Source of the DNA: a virus
Reading direction: 5' to 3' (one strand)
Virus record (IMG/VR): IMGVR_UViG_3300024518_005299
Location: 1 to 64,000 of that record
DNA length: 64,000 bases
The position numbers and the translations under genes are program-made. Below are positions 1-9,058 of this stretch, piece after piece. Below the pieces are notes generated by a model. The model had not been told where the DNA came from and did no database searches. It worked only from the letters and a program-made list of their open reading frames with translations. Positions within the stretch are counted from its first letter, which is position 1; each line of letters starts with the position of its first letter.

Positions 1-157
1 ATTCGGGATGGACCCATTGTGGATTGTCGATGTCGCCAAAGTCTAGGTTGTAATTGTCGACGTTTGCCGCATCGCAAATCGCGTTCGCTATCGATTCGTC
101 ATCGGTGACGTAGACGACTTCCCCGTTACGGGGATCGAAAATTTCCCATTGAGTCAT
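1..157 (-). CDS. hypothetical protein, runs off the window
   Basis: ATG at 157 after AGGAAAGAGAAC; open to position 1 (MTQWEIFDPRNGEVVYVTDD...). Confidence 0.7.
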   Translation of the reverse strand, partial: MTQWEIFDPRNGEVVYVTDDESIANAICDAANVDNYNLDFGDIDNPQWVHPE

Positions 158-162
158 GTTCT

Positions 163-208
163 CTTTCCTAGTTGAATTCCGGTTGCTACCATCCTAGTCG
201 GCATTCCG
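163..208 (-). repeat. start-associated leader repeat, copy 1
   Basis: 24-nt core CTTTCCTAGTTGAATTCCGGTTGC matches 1174-1197 at 23/24; TAGTCG and TTCCG also shared. Confidence 0.85.
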
Positions 209-385
209 TTAGCCGATCTTGAGCCCATAGAACAAAAGTTCATGGAGGATTTCCGTGGCGAATTTCATCGCGCTATCGCGGTTCTCAAACCGCCGGAAAC
301 CCTCTCTCTTGCTCGTCTGATAGTGGACGATGAACGGGACCGTGAACGCGCCGAATCGCTTCTCAGCTCTTTCTAGTTGAATCAT
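209..385 (-). CDS. hypothetical protein (58 aa)
   Basis: Within ORF 209..463; ATG at 385 (MIQLERAEK) follows purine-rich AGAGAGC. Confidence 0.6.
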   Translation of the reverse strand: MIQLERAEKRFGAFTVPFIVHYQTSKREGFRRFENRDSAMKFATEILHELLFYGLKIG

Positions 386-443
386 GATGCTCTCTGTAAG
401 GGTAATGACCGGGCAGATGCCGCCCGGGGGACATGTCGCTAGC

Positions 444-1169
444 TTAGAAGAATTCGCTAGCATCAGCGGCGTTCATAGCGGATAGATCCCCCGCATCCTC
501 GTTATTCCCCCATTTGGGGACGAACGATTTCCCCTTTGTGTCCAAATCCGGATCGATCGTCCCCCACGGGAGACCGAACTTGCTAGCGCAGATCGGACCG
601 TATCCGACCGAACGGCTTTCCTTTGTCGAGAGATCGCGCGCGCAGAAACAGCAATTACCCGTTGCGACACCATGCTGAGTCGCGACCGTTGCCGGATTCA
701 ATTCCAAGGTATTGAGCAATTCGAGAACCGATTCCGATTCGGTAGCAGAGCGGAAACTACCGTCTGTCTGAATCGCTCCGAAGTAGAGATTGGAGCCAAA
801 GGGGCGACCGTCCGTAATGTTGACTTTTCCCGCCTTGGACAACGACAGAACGACCTTTGTCCACGATGCGCCGCTTGTTTGGAGCTTGATTTTCGGGAAT
901 TTCTTCCCTGCGTTTCGCGCACCGGTCAACATCGCGAGAATTTGGGGAAAGCTCGCGCTTGAGGTTTCGCGCTTCGGGTTTTGTGCCCATGATGCCAGAA
1001 CGTGTAGCCAAGAGCGCATCTTTGGGCTCAAGCTCGGTTTATGCGCGAGCGTGCATTCGAAATCGGAGGGATTCGTCTTTGCCATCAGAACGGCTTTCGC
1101 CTCGCGATCCGTCAAGAGGCTATCGACTGTGAAGGACTTTCCCGCGCGTGTTTCGACTGTGAATTCCAT
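444..1169 (-). CDS. DUF6011-type Cys-motif protein
   Basis: C-terminal GNCCFCARDLSTKESRSVGYGPIC matches the CxxCxRxL...S...GxGPxC pattern. Confidence 0.75.
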   Translation of the reverse strand: MEFTVETRAGKSFTVDSLLTDREAKAVLMAKTNPSDFECTLAHKPSLSPKMRSWLHVLASWAQNPKRETSSASFPQILAMLTGARNAGKKFPKIKLQTSGASWTKVVLSLSKAGKVNITDGRPFGSNLYFGAIQTDGSFRSATESESVLELLNTLELNPATVATQHGVATGNCCFCARDLSTKESRSVGYGPICASKFGLPWGTIDPDLDTKGKSFVPKWGNNEDAGDLSAMNAADASEFF

Positions 1170-1173
1170 TGTT

Positions 1174-1219
1174 CTTTCCTAGTTGAGTTCCGGTTGCCAA
1201 TACCTTAGTCGTCTTTCCG
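1174..1219 (-). repeat. start-associated leader repeat, copy 2
   Basis: CTTTCCTAGTTGAGTTCCGGTTGC-N8-TAGTCG...TTCCG upstream of the ATG at 1169. Confidence 0.85.
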
Positions 1220-1230
1220 AAGAGGGATCT

Positions 1231-1470
1231 TTAGAACCGATCTAGAATTTCCTCCGCTCTCTCTTTCGCTTCAGATTCGAGCCTAGTGACTCTCTCCCGC
1301 GCTTCGTCTTTCCTTTGCCGGATCATTCCCGGGACTTCTGCCAGAGTATCGCAGTATCCTATGGCCATCCCGAGACGCGAGACGAACCATTTCCCGTCCG
1401 TTGTCCATTTGATGCGGAAATCCGCCCCGTCGATTGTCGTGCTCATAGTTCCGTTTTCTGAAATTTGCAT
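1231..1470 (-). CDS. hypothetical protein
   Basis: 79-aa ORF, GAGGA leader, co-oriented with neighbours. Confidence 0.7.
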   Translation of the reverse strand: MQISENGTMSTTIDGADFRIKWTTDGKWFVSRLGMAIGYCDTLAEVPGMIRQRKDEARERVTRLESEAKERAEEILDRF

Positions 1471-1517
1471 CGTGTTCCTCGTGCTGTAGTGCGGGATAGC
1501 GGACTAGCCCTAGTGTA

Positions 1518-1706
1518 TCATCGGTAGACCGTTGGTAGTTCTATCATGATGTGAAATTGACTCTTGACGCTTACGTAATAGCTCCATGCTCTGAACTTGA
1601 GCACTAGCTTCTGATTACTAGTAGTTCGTGCATCTCTCTCGATCATCCGAACGAACAGATTGAATCTCTCTAGATTGATACAGCTAGCGTATTGTGGAAC
1701 TTTCAT
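1518..1706 (-). CDS. hypothetical protein
   Basis: 62-aa ORF; leader contains CAACTAGAGAC. Confidence 0.6.
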   Translation of the reverse strand: MKVPQYASCINLERFNLFVRMIERDARTTSNQKLVLKFRAWSYYVSVKSQFHIMIELPTVYR

Positions 1707-1744
1707 CGCTACTCTTGTCGTCTCGTCTCTAGTTGAACTTGAGC

Positions 1745-2299
1745 CTAGATCTCTAGTCCTTCGAATTCCCCTTCGACTATCGGAACGGTATCGGTTGCTA
1801 TCTCTCTCGGCACGACCGTTCGCGCAGCTTGCTCTAGCGCGCCTTGACCGTATGCTGTGAGGATATCGTTTCCCTCACACCGTATCGCTAGGATCCCTTC
1901 TGCGCGCAATGTGCGGTATCCCTGTCCGCTGCCCGTATTGACCTTCTTTCCGTGGGCGAACGTCCAGAATGACAGGTTGAGTCTAGTTGCATCTGCCATC
2001 GAATGCCCGATCCCCTGGACCGCCCCGTCTTGATCTGAATCGTGGACACCCTGTCGACCGATCATGTCCCGAACCGTTCCGTCAAGGCAGACGTAGATGA
2101 CTCGCATGATCTTCCCCCGACATGCTCGCATGAATTCCCAGACCTCGACCGCTTCGGATCGGACATCCCGACCGAACGCATCGAACCGAGGAGCAAACAC
2201 CGTGACCTCCCCTTTGAGCATGAATGAACCCTGCCGGGTAGCGTAGCGGTCGCGCTTCGCTTGCCAGAGTTCCGTTAGGTCGTATGTCGGGTCGGTCAT
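1745..2299 (-). CDS. WYL_2/SH3 beta-barrel-like phage protein
   Basis: VIYVCLDGTVRDMIGRQGV...SFW...YRTLRAEGILAI resembles the phage SH3-barrel (DUF2693-like) pattern. Confidence 0.45.
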   Translation of the reverse strand: MTDPTYDLTELWQAKRDRYATRQGSFMLKGEVTVFAPRFDAFGRDVRSEAVEVWEFMRACRGKIMRVIYVCLDGTVRDMIGRQGVHDSDQDGAVQGIGHSMADATRLNLSFWTFAHGKKVNTGSGQGYRTLRAEGILAIRCEGNDILTAYGQGALEQAARTVVPREIATDTVPIVEGEFEGLEI

Positions 2300-2339
2300 G
2301 TCTCTGTCTCTCTGTCTCTAGTTGCTGAAGTCTACCCTA

Positions 2340-2453
2340 CTACAGAGCGAAATTCAGGGATGACATGAGAAAGTATGCCGGGACCGTGCTCACCGCGGCG
2401 ACTAGCGCGAAGAGGCGGAACGCGAAGGAGTGGCGAACGTACTCGATGGTCAT
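2340..2453 (-). CDS. 37-aa hydrophobic peptide (not in ORF track)
   Basis: MTIEYVRHSFAFRLFALVAAVSTVPAYFLMSSLNFAL*; TACAAT on - strand at 2473-2478 just upstream. Confidence 0.5.
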   Translation of the reverse strand: MTIEYVRHSFAFRLFALVAAVSTVPAYFLMSSLNFAL

Positions 2454-2828
2454 GTCTTTGGCGTAGTGGAACATTGTATTGTTTGGTTTGGAGTTTCGGT
2501 TGACAATTACTTATCGGGTCGATCTTGCTCGATCTTTAGTGCACTATTCATAAATCTTCAGTGACACATAGTGTGCCATTCTCGATGTGAGAAAAAAGAA
2601 AAAAGAACTAAAGGGGGGGGTTTTTCAGCTCGGCGGGGGGTGGTCTCGTTCTGAGACGCGGGGTGGCATGCTACAGCATTTCACGCGCCTTACCTATAAG
2701 ATGAAACAGCTAAACCCCTCAGGAGACAGTAATAAAATGTGGATTATACCAAATAATCCAATACTTTTCCCCGCTTTCTCCCTACTATATAGGTGTATGG
2801 ATTTCTTTTTAGTGTAGAGAGGACAGGA

Positions 2829-3074
2829 ATGAGTATTAACATATTACCGAGTGAGACACTTGAGCAGATGAAAGGGCAGGCTTTCACGCCCCAACCAGGT
2901 GAAGGCATCGTTTATATCAAATTAGTGATGATCAAGCCTGTTACTATGAAAGAGGGTGATCCTACTGAAGTAGTGGATAATGCTGCTGGGGTTGTCCTCT
3001 GTGGACAACTCAGTGAGGTTAAGGCCCAGCTAAACACTTGGTTTGATGAAACCGCTGAGGATTACCCATCATGA
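2829..3074 (+). CDS. hypothetical protein
   Basis: ATG 2829 after GAGGACAGGA; first gene of the rightward block. Confidence 0.75.
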   Translation: MSINILPSETLEQMKGQAFTPQPGEGIVYIKLVMIKPVTMKEGDPTEVVDNAAGVVLCGQLSEVKAQLNTWFDETAEDYPS

Positions 3075-3436
3075 GGGTGATCACTAACTTTTGTCGCCGA
3101 CTTAAGGTTGCGTGGCGCGCTTTTTGCTGTCCTTCTATTCTAGATGTTATTGAGCATTTTGAAGAGTTGCAGAGAAGTGATACAGATTTTGAACAATATC
3201 AAATTAAGCTTCGCAGTGCGATGTCTAAAATGGTGTGTGGTCTGTTGCCAAATATTCAACAGGAACTCCCTATTGAGCTTACTGTTAAAACTCAACACCT
3301 ATTGACCGCAGCAGAAGCTGATGAGATTTTAAAAGAGTCGCGTAGTGGATATCAATATCCACTTGACCAATCTAACACACGAATAAAATTAGCTAAACAT
3401 AATGATATATTTGGCCCTAATGGATTTGAGGAGTGA
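3071..3436 (+). CDS. hypothetical protein
   Basis: ATGA overlap with the previous gene. Confidence 0.75.
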   Translation: MRVITNFCRRLKVAWRAFCCPSILDVIEHFEELQRSDTDFEQYQIKLRSAMSKMVCGLLPNIQQELPIELTVKTQHLLTAAEADEILKESRSGYQYPLDQSNTRIKLAKHNDIFGPNGFEE

Positions 3437-3717
3437 ACATAATGGGTACTACATTTGGTGAAGGCATGAAGCCTGAAAACAAAATTACTATTTCTAAAAG
3501 TGGTGACGTACCAGCTCGCAAGCTGAACACCACCACTAAACAGACCGACAGAAGTTTCGCACAACCCTCACCGACTGTGGAACAGCCGGTAGTTGTCCCG
3601 AAGGTACATGCTAATAAACAGGATGCTGCCGAAGCTCTGGAGAAGAACTCTAAAAAGAAACGAAAGTACACTCCTCAAGACTCCAGGGACTTGGGTTCCA
3701 CTAAGTCCCCTGAATGA
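3433..3717 (+). CDS. hypothetical Lys/Pro-rich protein
   Basis: GTGA overlap; exact start uncertain. Confidence 0.65.
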   Translation: MNIMGTTFGEGMKPENKITISKSGDVPARKLNTTTKQTDRSFAQPSPTVEQPVVVPKVHANKQDAAEALEKNSKKKRKYTPQDSRDLGSTKSPE

Positions 3718-4337
3718 TCGCCGGAAGTGGCATTAAGTATGCCGATGTAGAAGACCTGGTCGAAACTATCGTATCGATGAAGAAAGCGAAATACTCCTTT
3801 CCAGGGGTTGACGCTGAAGATTTGGCGCAGGACATCCGCTTAGAGTGCTGGAGAGTCCTCAGGTTACACGATCCCGACAAGGAAGGAAAGTCGTTATTCC
3901 ATTTTGTCGCAAGGTGTGTTGATAATTTTCTTTACAATAAGTTTCGCGGAATTTATTTAGACAATAACCCACCTTGTTTACGTTGCCCAGATTATATTAA
4001 AGAAACGAAAACGTGCCGGATCGAAGAGGTAGGTTGCGATCGTATCGTGGCTTACAGAGATAGGATGGCGCGCAAACGCGCTATTGCCGCGCCACTTTCG
4101 TACAACGCGCAACTAGATACTGATGATAGCGTGGACTTTACCCAACACGAGTCGATGAGCGTGGGGTCGACTACTGGTGTTGTGGATCTAGATGACGCTT
4201 TAAGGACTAAGCTAGACGACGCCTTAGTGCCTTACTACGATAATATGATTAATGGAGAGATGCAGTCAGTGCCCGCCCATTACAGGCGGCTGGTGCAACG
4301 ACAGGTTAGGGCGATTATAGAGGAGCAGGGAAAATGA
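3714..4337 (+). CDS. sigma70/ECF-like RNA polymerase sigma factor with Cys insert
   Basis: Region-2-like DAEDLAQDIRLECWRVLRLHDPDK...FHFVARCVDNFLYNKFR; Cx2Cx9Cx6C insert; C-terminus short. Confidence 0.7.
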   Translation: MIAGSGIKYADVEDLVETIVSMKKAKYSFPGVDAEDLAQDIRLECWRVLRLHDPDKEGKSLFHFVARCVDNFLYNKFRGIYLDNNPPCLRCPDYIKETKTCRIEEVGCDRIVAYRDRMARKRAIAAPLSYNAQLDTDDSVDFTQHESMSVGSTTGVVDLDDALRTKLDDALVPYYDNMINGEMQSVPAHYRRLVQRQVRAIIEEQGK

Positions 4338-4906
4338 AGCATTATCATGTCACGCCTTCTGATGAGTATAAGTGCTCATGTGGGAAGGCATTTGAGTCAT
4401 TGTCTGAGATTTGGTCTCATGTAGATAGTCATAGCTATACTGAAGTAACTGACGGCGTGACTAAGTGTCCAGATTGTAAAGGCGCGGCTTACTTGCCCAA
4501 ATTAGAGGGATGTCAAAATGTAGGGCACAAAAATGTGATATGGAGAGCGGATGAGTTAGTTCCCGACGCATTATGGGATGCCCAGCCTGGCCACGCACAT
4601 TATGTTAAGGACGAGGTCCATCTCTTGACTTTAGAACTTTTGCGCCGCGCTCGTAAGATTTTCTTCATGAAGGATGACTGCACACCAGAGAGCATTAATC
4701 ACCTTCTAGATGATATTGATGAGTATTGCCCTCAATTTGTAGAGGATGAACCAGATAAAGACAAAAGGTATGGTTTAGGGGAAGAATTTGAAGAGGCGCT
4801 AAATTTAATTGAAGGCGTAATGTCCGATGAGGTCGTCGGCTTCGCCTGGTATGATGAAGCAAAGAAATTTTTGAAAGAGAACGGGAGGGATGTCGATGAC
4901 TCTTGA
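4334..4906 (+). CDS. zinc-finger-containing hypothetical protein
   Basis: CSCGKAFESLSEIWSHVDSH (C2H2-like) plus CPDC...GC...GH. Confidence 0.65.
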   Translation: MKHYHVTPSDEYKCSCGKAFESLSEIWSHVDSHSYTEVTDGVTKCPDCKGAAYLPKLEGCQNVGHKNVIWRADELVPDALWDAQPGHAHYVKDEVHLLTLELLRRARKIFFMKDDCTPESINHLLDDIDEYCPQFVEDEPDKDKRYGLGEEFEEALNLIEGVMSDEVVGFAWYDEAKKFLKENGRDVDDS

Positions 4907-5237
4907 TAACGCACTGCCGCAACCGGAAGATTGGTTTAATAGCAATAATCCCTACAAACCTTATGATCCCGAGAATCCTTTTGGTTTAGTTTATGCTCCC
5001 CCTGTTAATGCTGCCAGTCCATCTATTTTAGAACTCGCCAAGGCATTAAGGGATTGTTTGAAGACAGCCCAAGAAGGAATATCGACTGCCCCTCTTGATG
5101 AATTGATCGGGAAGTATGAATGGGACATAAGTGATTTCCTACCTGAAATTATAAGCGAACCATTCACTATTGACGTCTTCTCTCTACCAGACGATGATGA
5201 TTATCATCCCTATGAAAGAACAGGATTTGGAGATTAA
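4890..5237 (+). CDS. acidic hypothetical protein
   Basis: Overlapping, co-oriented ORF. Confidence 0.7.
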   Translation: MSMTLDNALPQPEDWFNSNNPYKPYDPENPFGLVYAPPVNAASPSILELAKALRDCLKTAQEGISTAPLDELIGKYEWDISDFLPEIISEPFTIDVFSLPDDDDYHPYERTGFGD

Positions 5238-5239
5238 TA

Positions 5240-5908
5240 ATGGTGGCTAATAAGGATTATGAATTAGATTCAGAACTAGCTAAGATGGTTACGGGGCGCG
5301 AGAGAGCAAAACAACAATGCGCGCATCGCTTCATAGTCAGGGATGTCGAAGGGGACAACAACTTTCTCTGCCGAGAGTGCGACGAGCGGTGGCCTCGACA
5401 TCCTGAAGTAATGGAAAAAGAAAAGTCGCCCATGCTCGATGTTGGAGAAGCCATGAGGGGGAGTACGAGTTTTAATGATGGGGACATCAACCTTTATCAA
5501 CTTGCCGACAAACTTGCGATTACGCCTCATCAAGCATCGGAATTTATTCGCAACACTTTTGAAACAAAACCGACTTATGAAGAGATGTATCCATTAGGAA
5601 GCAAGAAGCCGATTAGTATTCAAGTTGGCAATATGCCTGCGCGCACTTCTAATCCTTTAGAGATTGATGCGTACTTTAAAGCTAATTTCAAAACGGTTCT
5701 AGAGGGTCACGATTCTGTGCTATATTCAGATAGATATGATACGTATGATAAGTTTCCAGATATTGTAAGTATTGATATTAATGTAGATTGCCCGCCCATC
5801 CAAACCAATTTAAGATTGCGCCCGATCTCTATTGATTCACCTATGTATTGTATGATTAAATTTAATGATGGATCCATACAAAGAGTAGATATAGATGGGA
5901 CTCTCTAG
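5240..5908 (+). CDS. hypothetical protein with N-terminal Zn-ribbon-like motif
   Basis: CAH...CxxC near the N-terminus. Confidence 0.65.
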   Translation: MVANKDYELDSELAKMVTGRERAKQQCAHRFIVRDVEGDNNFLCRECDERWPRHPEVMEKEKSPMLDVGEAMRGSTSFNDGDINLYQLADKLAITPHQASEFIRNTFETKPTYEEMYPLGSKKPISIQVGNMPARTSNPLEIDAYFKANFKTVLEGHDSVLYSDRYDTYDKFPDIVSIDINVDCPPIQTNLRLRPISIDSPMYCMIKFNDGSIQRVDIDGTL

Positions 5909-6785
5909 AAAACGATATTCACCTGACGAAATACGGACCATTCGTCAGCTGCACAAAGAAGGTTACACTCACCAGCAGATCGCCGATAAGGTGCGCCCAG
6001 GTGTAAAGACCGCTTGGCGATCTATAGGTGAGATGATCCGGAAGGAGCGCAAGGCTAAAGTGCTAGGAGAATCCGCTACCCAGCCTGCGGCATACAGCAT
6101 TGTCCCACCATCTCAACCTTCTACCAAGATTACACTTCCTAGCATCATGGCGGATTCTCTGACAGCAAAAGAATTTATGACTATGATGAATGATGATCAG
6201 CGCGCCCTTTTTGTCGCTCATTACGAAGACTTAAGGGGTGATGCTGATGAGGAAGCATTGACACGCGCCGAAAATGAGATGCTGATTCGTGCATCTTATT
6301 CTAATGTAAAATATTTGCGCGCGCAATCACTTCTGAACACTTCTGAGTCTTACCTGATGGCAGATATGGAGGGTGGTCTTTCTGACTCGGACGCGGATAA
6401 GGCAAAGCGCCGATTCGCGGGTAATCGTGAAATGTATAAGAAAGAAGTTGAGCAATGGCACAAAGAATATATGGAGTTAGTAAACGACCTTAAGCTGACT
6501 CGTAAGCAAAGATTAGATAAGATCAAGGATACGCGCAACACGTTCCTTGACCTTCAACAAGAATTAACAGACCAACTAAAGCGCGATTCTATCGTAGAGG
6601 ATATCAAACGGATCAATCGTTTGACTGAAGATGAGTTTCGTCGAATGGCGCGTGGCGACAAAGGCCCAGATGGCAGAGTATATAATTGGTTATTGGGAGC
6701 ATTTTCAGAATATATATCTGACGAGCCACCGAAGGAGGGGGATGATGAAAACAGGAGTTTATCAGATTCTAAACCTGAAGAATAA
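5895..6785 (+). CDS. HTH/coiled-coil protein, candidate small terminase
   Basis: N-terminal EIRTIRQLHKEGYTHQQIADKV HTH; upstream of terL; function inferred only. Confidence 0.4.
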   Translation: MGLSRKRYSPDEIRTIRQLHKEGYTHQQIADKVRPGVKTAWRSIGEMIRKERKAKVLGESATQPAAYSIVPPSQPSTKITLPSIMADSLTAKEFMTMMNDDQRALFVAHYEDLRGDADEEALTRAENEMLIRASYSNVKYLRAQSLLNTSESYLMADMEGGLSDSDADKAKRRFAGNREMYKKEVEQWHKEYMELVNDLKLTRKQRLDKIKDTRNTFLDLQQELTDQLKRDSIVEDIKRINRLTEDEFRRMARGDKGPDGRVYNWLLGAFSEYISDEPPKEGDDENRSLSDSKPEE

Positions 6786-7671
6786 TAAGTTTTACATAGG
6801 GAGCACTGGCTCTAAAGCGGGATTTATTAAACGTTGGAATGATCATCGATTATTGTTAAAGAAAAATTGTCACCATTCGGTTCATTTACAACGAGCTTGG
6901 GATAAATATGAAGTTGATGCTTTTGTTTTTGAGGTGATTGAATACATTGTTAGATTGGATGAGATGACTGATAAGGAATGGAAGACCTTGATTTTTCAGA
7001 GAGAACAATATTATCTAGATGTATTTTTATTTGCTAGTGATAATGATAATAGATTTCATAAGTTAGGGTATAATATTTGTCGGGTGGCTGGAAGTACGCT
7101 TGGTTTAAAATTAGAACTATCAGAAGACAACCTTAACTTACGTCGTGCTCAGGGTTCGGCATTAGGTAAGTTGAATACTAAATTAGCACGACTTGATGTC
7201 CTAGCCATACTAAATGACTTGTTTATTCATCAAATTTCAGTTAGTGATTTGATTATTAAATACCAAATTAGTCAATCTTCAATCATGGATATTAAACATA
7301 ATCGTACCTGGCAAGACATTGATCGATCTATATATCAAACATTGCCTAATCCGCCAAGACAAAAATTGAGTGCATTAACAAAACAACGGATGTCATTTGC
7401 CAAACGTGGTGAAGGGACGCATCTTTCAAAATTGACAGAATCAAAAGTGATAGAAATTAAAGCAATGATTCAACAAGGTCTAGATAATCATAAAATTGCT
7501 GCAAGATTTAATGTTGATCATAGTAATATTAGTAAAATTCGTACTGGAAAAACCTGGAGGCATATTAATGACGAGAGCAAAATCGCCATACCCCGTCAAA
7601 CCGACGATAATTGTGGACACGAGAGAAAAAACAGCTCATGCTTTATTTCAAGAATCGGAAGAGGGAGATAA
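6742..7671 (+). CDS. GIY-YIG homing endonuclease with two C-terminal HTH modules
   Basis: TGVYQILNLKNNKFYIGS...RWNDH...LQRAWDKY...REQYYLD...GYN; start follows GGAGGGG. Confidence 0.9.
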   Translation: MMKTGVYQILNLKNNKFYIGSTGSKAGFIKRWNDHRLLLKKNCHHSVHLQRAWDKYEVDAFVFEVIEYIVRLDEMTDKEWKTLIFQREQYYLDVFLFASDNDNRFHKLGYNICRVAGSTLGLKLELSEDNLNLRRAQGSALGKLNTKLARLDVLAILNDLFIHQISVSDLIIKYQISQSSIMDIKHNRTWQDIDRSIYQTLPNPPRQKLSALTKQRMSFAKRGEGTHLSKLTESKVIEIKAMIQQGLDNHKIAARFNVDHSNISKIRTGKTWRHINDESKIAIPRQTDDNCGHERKNSSCFISRIGRGR

Positions 7672-8111
7672 AGATGTAAAGGCATATATAAGAGAAAAAG
7701 TTGATGCTGGGGATTATACTATACAAGAGATACCAAATCTTGTAGTGGTAGAAAAAAAAAAGAGATGGAAAGGAATTGTTCACTAATCTGATCTTAAAAA
7801 AAGACAGGTTCTTGCGCAGCGTTGAGAAAATGCGCGCATTTAAATATAAGTATATTATTATACAACAAACCTATGCTGAGTTTCTAGATGTTAAAAACTG
7901 GGCTCATGTAAGTAAAAGCTATCCACGAAGATATCAAGCGATTGCGGCTATAGAGAGCTGGCTGATTTCGTTGTCGCAAAGTGAGGGTATTCATTTTATT
8001 TGGGCGGGGCAGAAGTATGCGCCGCGAATCGCTAAAAAGATTCTCTGCAAATCTTATGAGTATGAAAGGAAACGTTTAATGAGAGAGGATAAGGATGATA
8101 AAGCAATTTGA
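7568..8111 (+). pseudogene. ERCC4/XPF-type nuclease split by a frameshift at A10 (7752-7761)
   Basis: IIVDTRE...GDY...VVEKK in one frame continues as RDGKELFTNL...RF...YIII in the next; removing one A gives one ORF. Confidence 0.8.
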
Positions 8112-8364
8112 TTATGAATGGTTTAACAGTCTAGGTGATAAAGAGTTGATGGATGTTGCTTTTATGGAGGCAATGCGCGAAACCATATCTAGCCCCACAC
8201 AAATAAGACATCTTCTAGCTGCTCTAGGAGAAAGATTGAATAGTAAAATGGTGGCAGATCAGGCACGAGCATCGTCTATAATGAGAGAGATGGATGAAAC
8301 GCTTGACGAGGTCAGGAAGCTCCAACAGGAAATTAGAGATAGAGAGGAGAAGGAGAATGGCTGA
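8095..8364 (+). CDS. hypothetical protein, paralog of 8357..8581
   Basis: Shared WFxxLxD.xL...E.MR...SP...R.LL..LG.RL. Confidence 0.75.
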   Translation: MIKQFDYEWFNSLGDKELMDVAFMEAMRETISSPTQIRHLLAALGERLNSKMVADQARASSIMREMDETLDEVRKLQQEIRDREEKENG

Positions 8365-8581
8365 ACATATGATAAAATGGTTTCACTGCTTAACAGATGA
8401 ACAATTACTACCTATCATCCTTGCGGAGAGCATGCGCACCCAAGGCTCTCCCGAATTAGCAAGAGATCTTTTAGTTGTCTTAGGAGCAAGATTAAAAGCT
8501 CAAGTAGCTGGAGAGATTGACCCAGTGTCAGATTCAGGACGAGCATGGCCTGATCCCCCGACAAGAGCTGATGGGGTATAG
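8357..8581 (+). CDS. hypothetical protein, paralog of 8095..8364
   Basis: ATG 8357 after AGGAGA. Confidence 0.75.
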   Translation: MAEHMIKWFHCLTDEQLLPIILAESMRTQGSPELARDLLVVLGARLKAQVAGEIDPVSDSGRAWPDPPTRADGV

Positions 8582-8717
8582 CATGTGGTATATGCTAGAT
8601 GGTTCTGATCATACAGTTCTAGTAGCGGATCTGACAAGGACAACCAAAGAGATCCCGCCTAAATCTTGGTATGAGGATCGCGCCGGTTATATAATTGAAT
8701 GGAGAGATAAGAAATGA
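8571..8717 (+). CDS. hypothetical protein
   Basis: Fills the gap and overlaps both neighbours. Confidence 0.6.
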   Translation: MGYSMWYMLDGSDHTVLVADLTRTTKEIPPKSWYEDRAGYIIEWRDKK

Positions 8718-9058
8718 ATCAACGTATTGGAGAAGGAGCCACCACTTTAGATATGCTCTATAGTAGCTATCCTTGGTTAAAAGAGATGATGGATGAGAAA
8801 GACGCCGAGTTTCAGGAAATGTTCGATAATTACCAAGATATTGGACGAGAAATGCATAAAGGTATGACTGAGCTTGAAGACAAGTTAGGGAGAGCCCGTG
8901 GCGCCCTAGAGTATCTACGCGCACCTACGATGGGTTATGAGGGCGACTGTAGTCATGAGGAGTTCGCAGAGAAGTATGCTACTAACGCAGATACTAGATT
9001 GGCGCTCACTACCTGTATAGCTTTGGCACAAAAGACATTGGATGAATTAAATGAATAA
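8714..9058 (+). CDS. hypothetical coiled-coil protein
   Basis: ATGA overlap, GGAG leader. Confidence 0.7.
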   Translation: MNQRIGEGATTLDMLYSSYPWLKEMMDEKDAEFQEMFDNYQDIGREMHKGMTELEDKLGRARGALEYLRAPTMGYEGDCSHEEFAEKYATNADTRLALTTCIALAQKTLDELNE

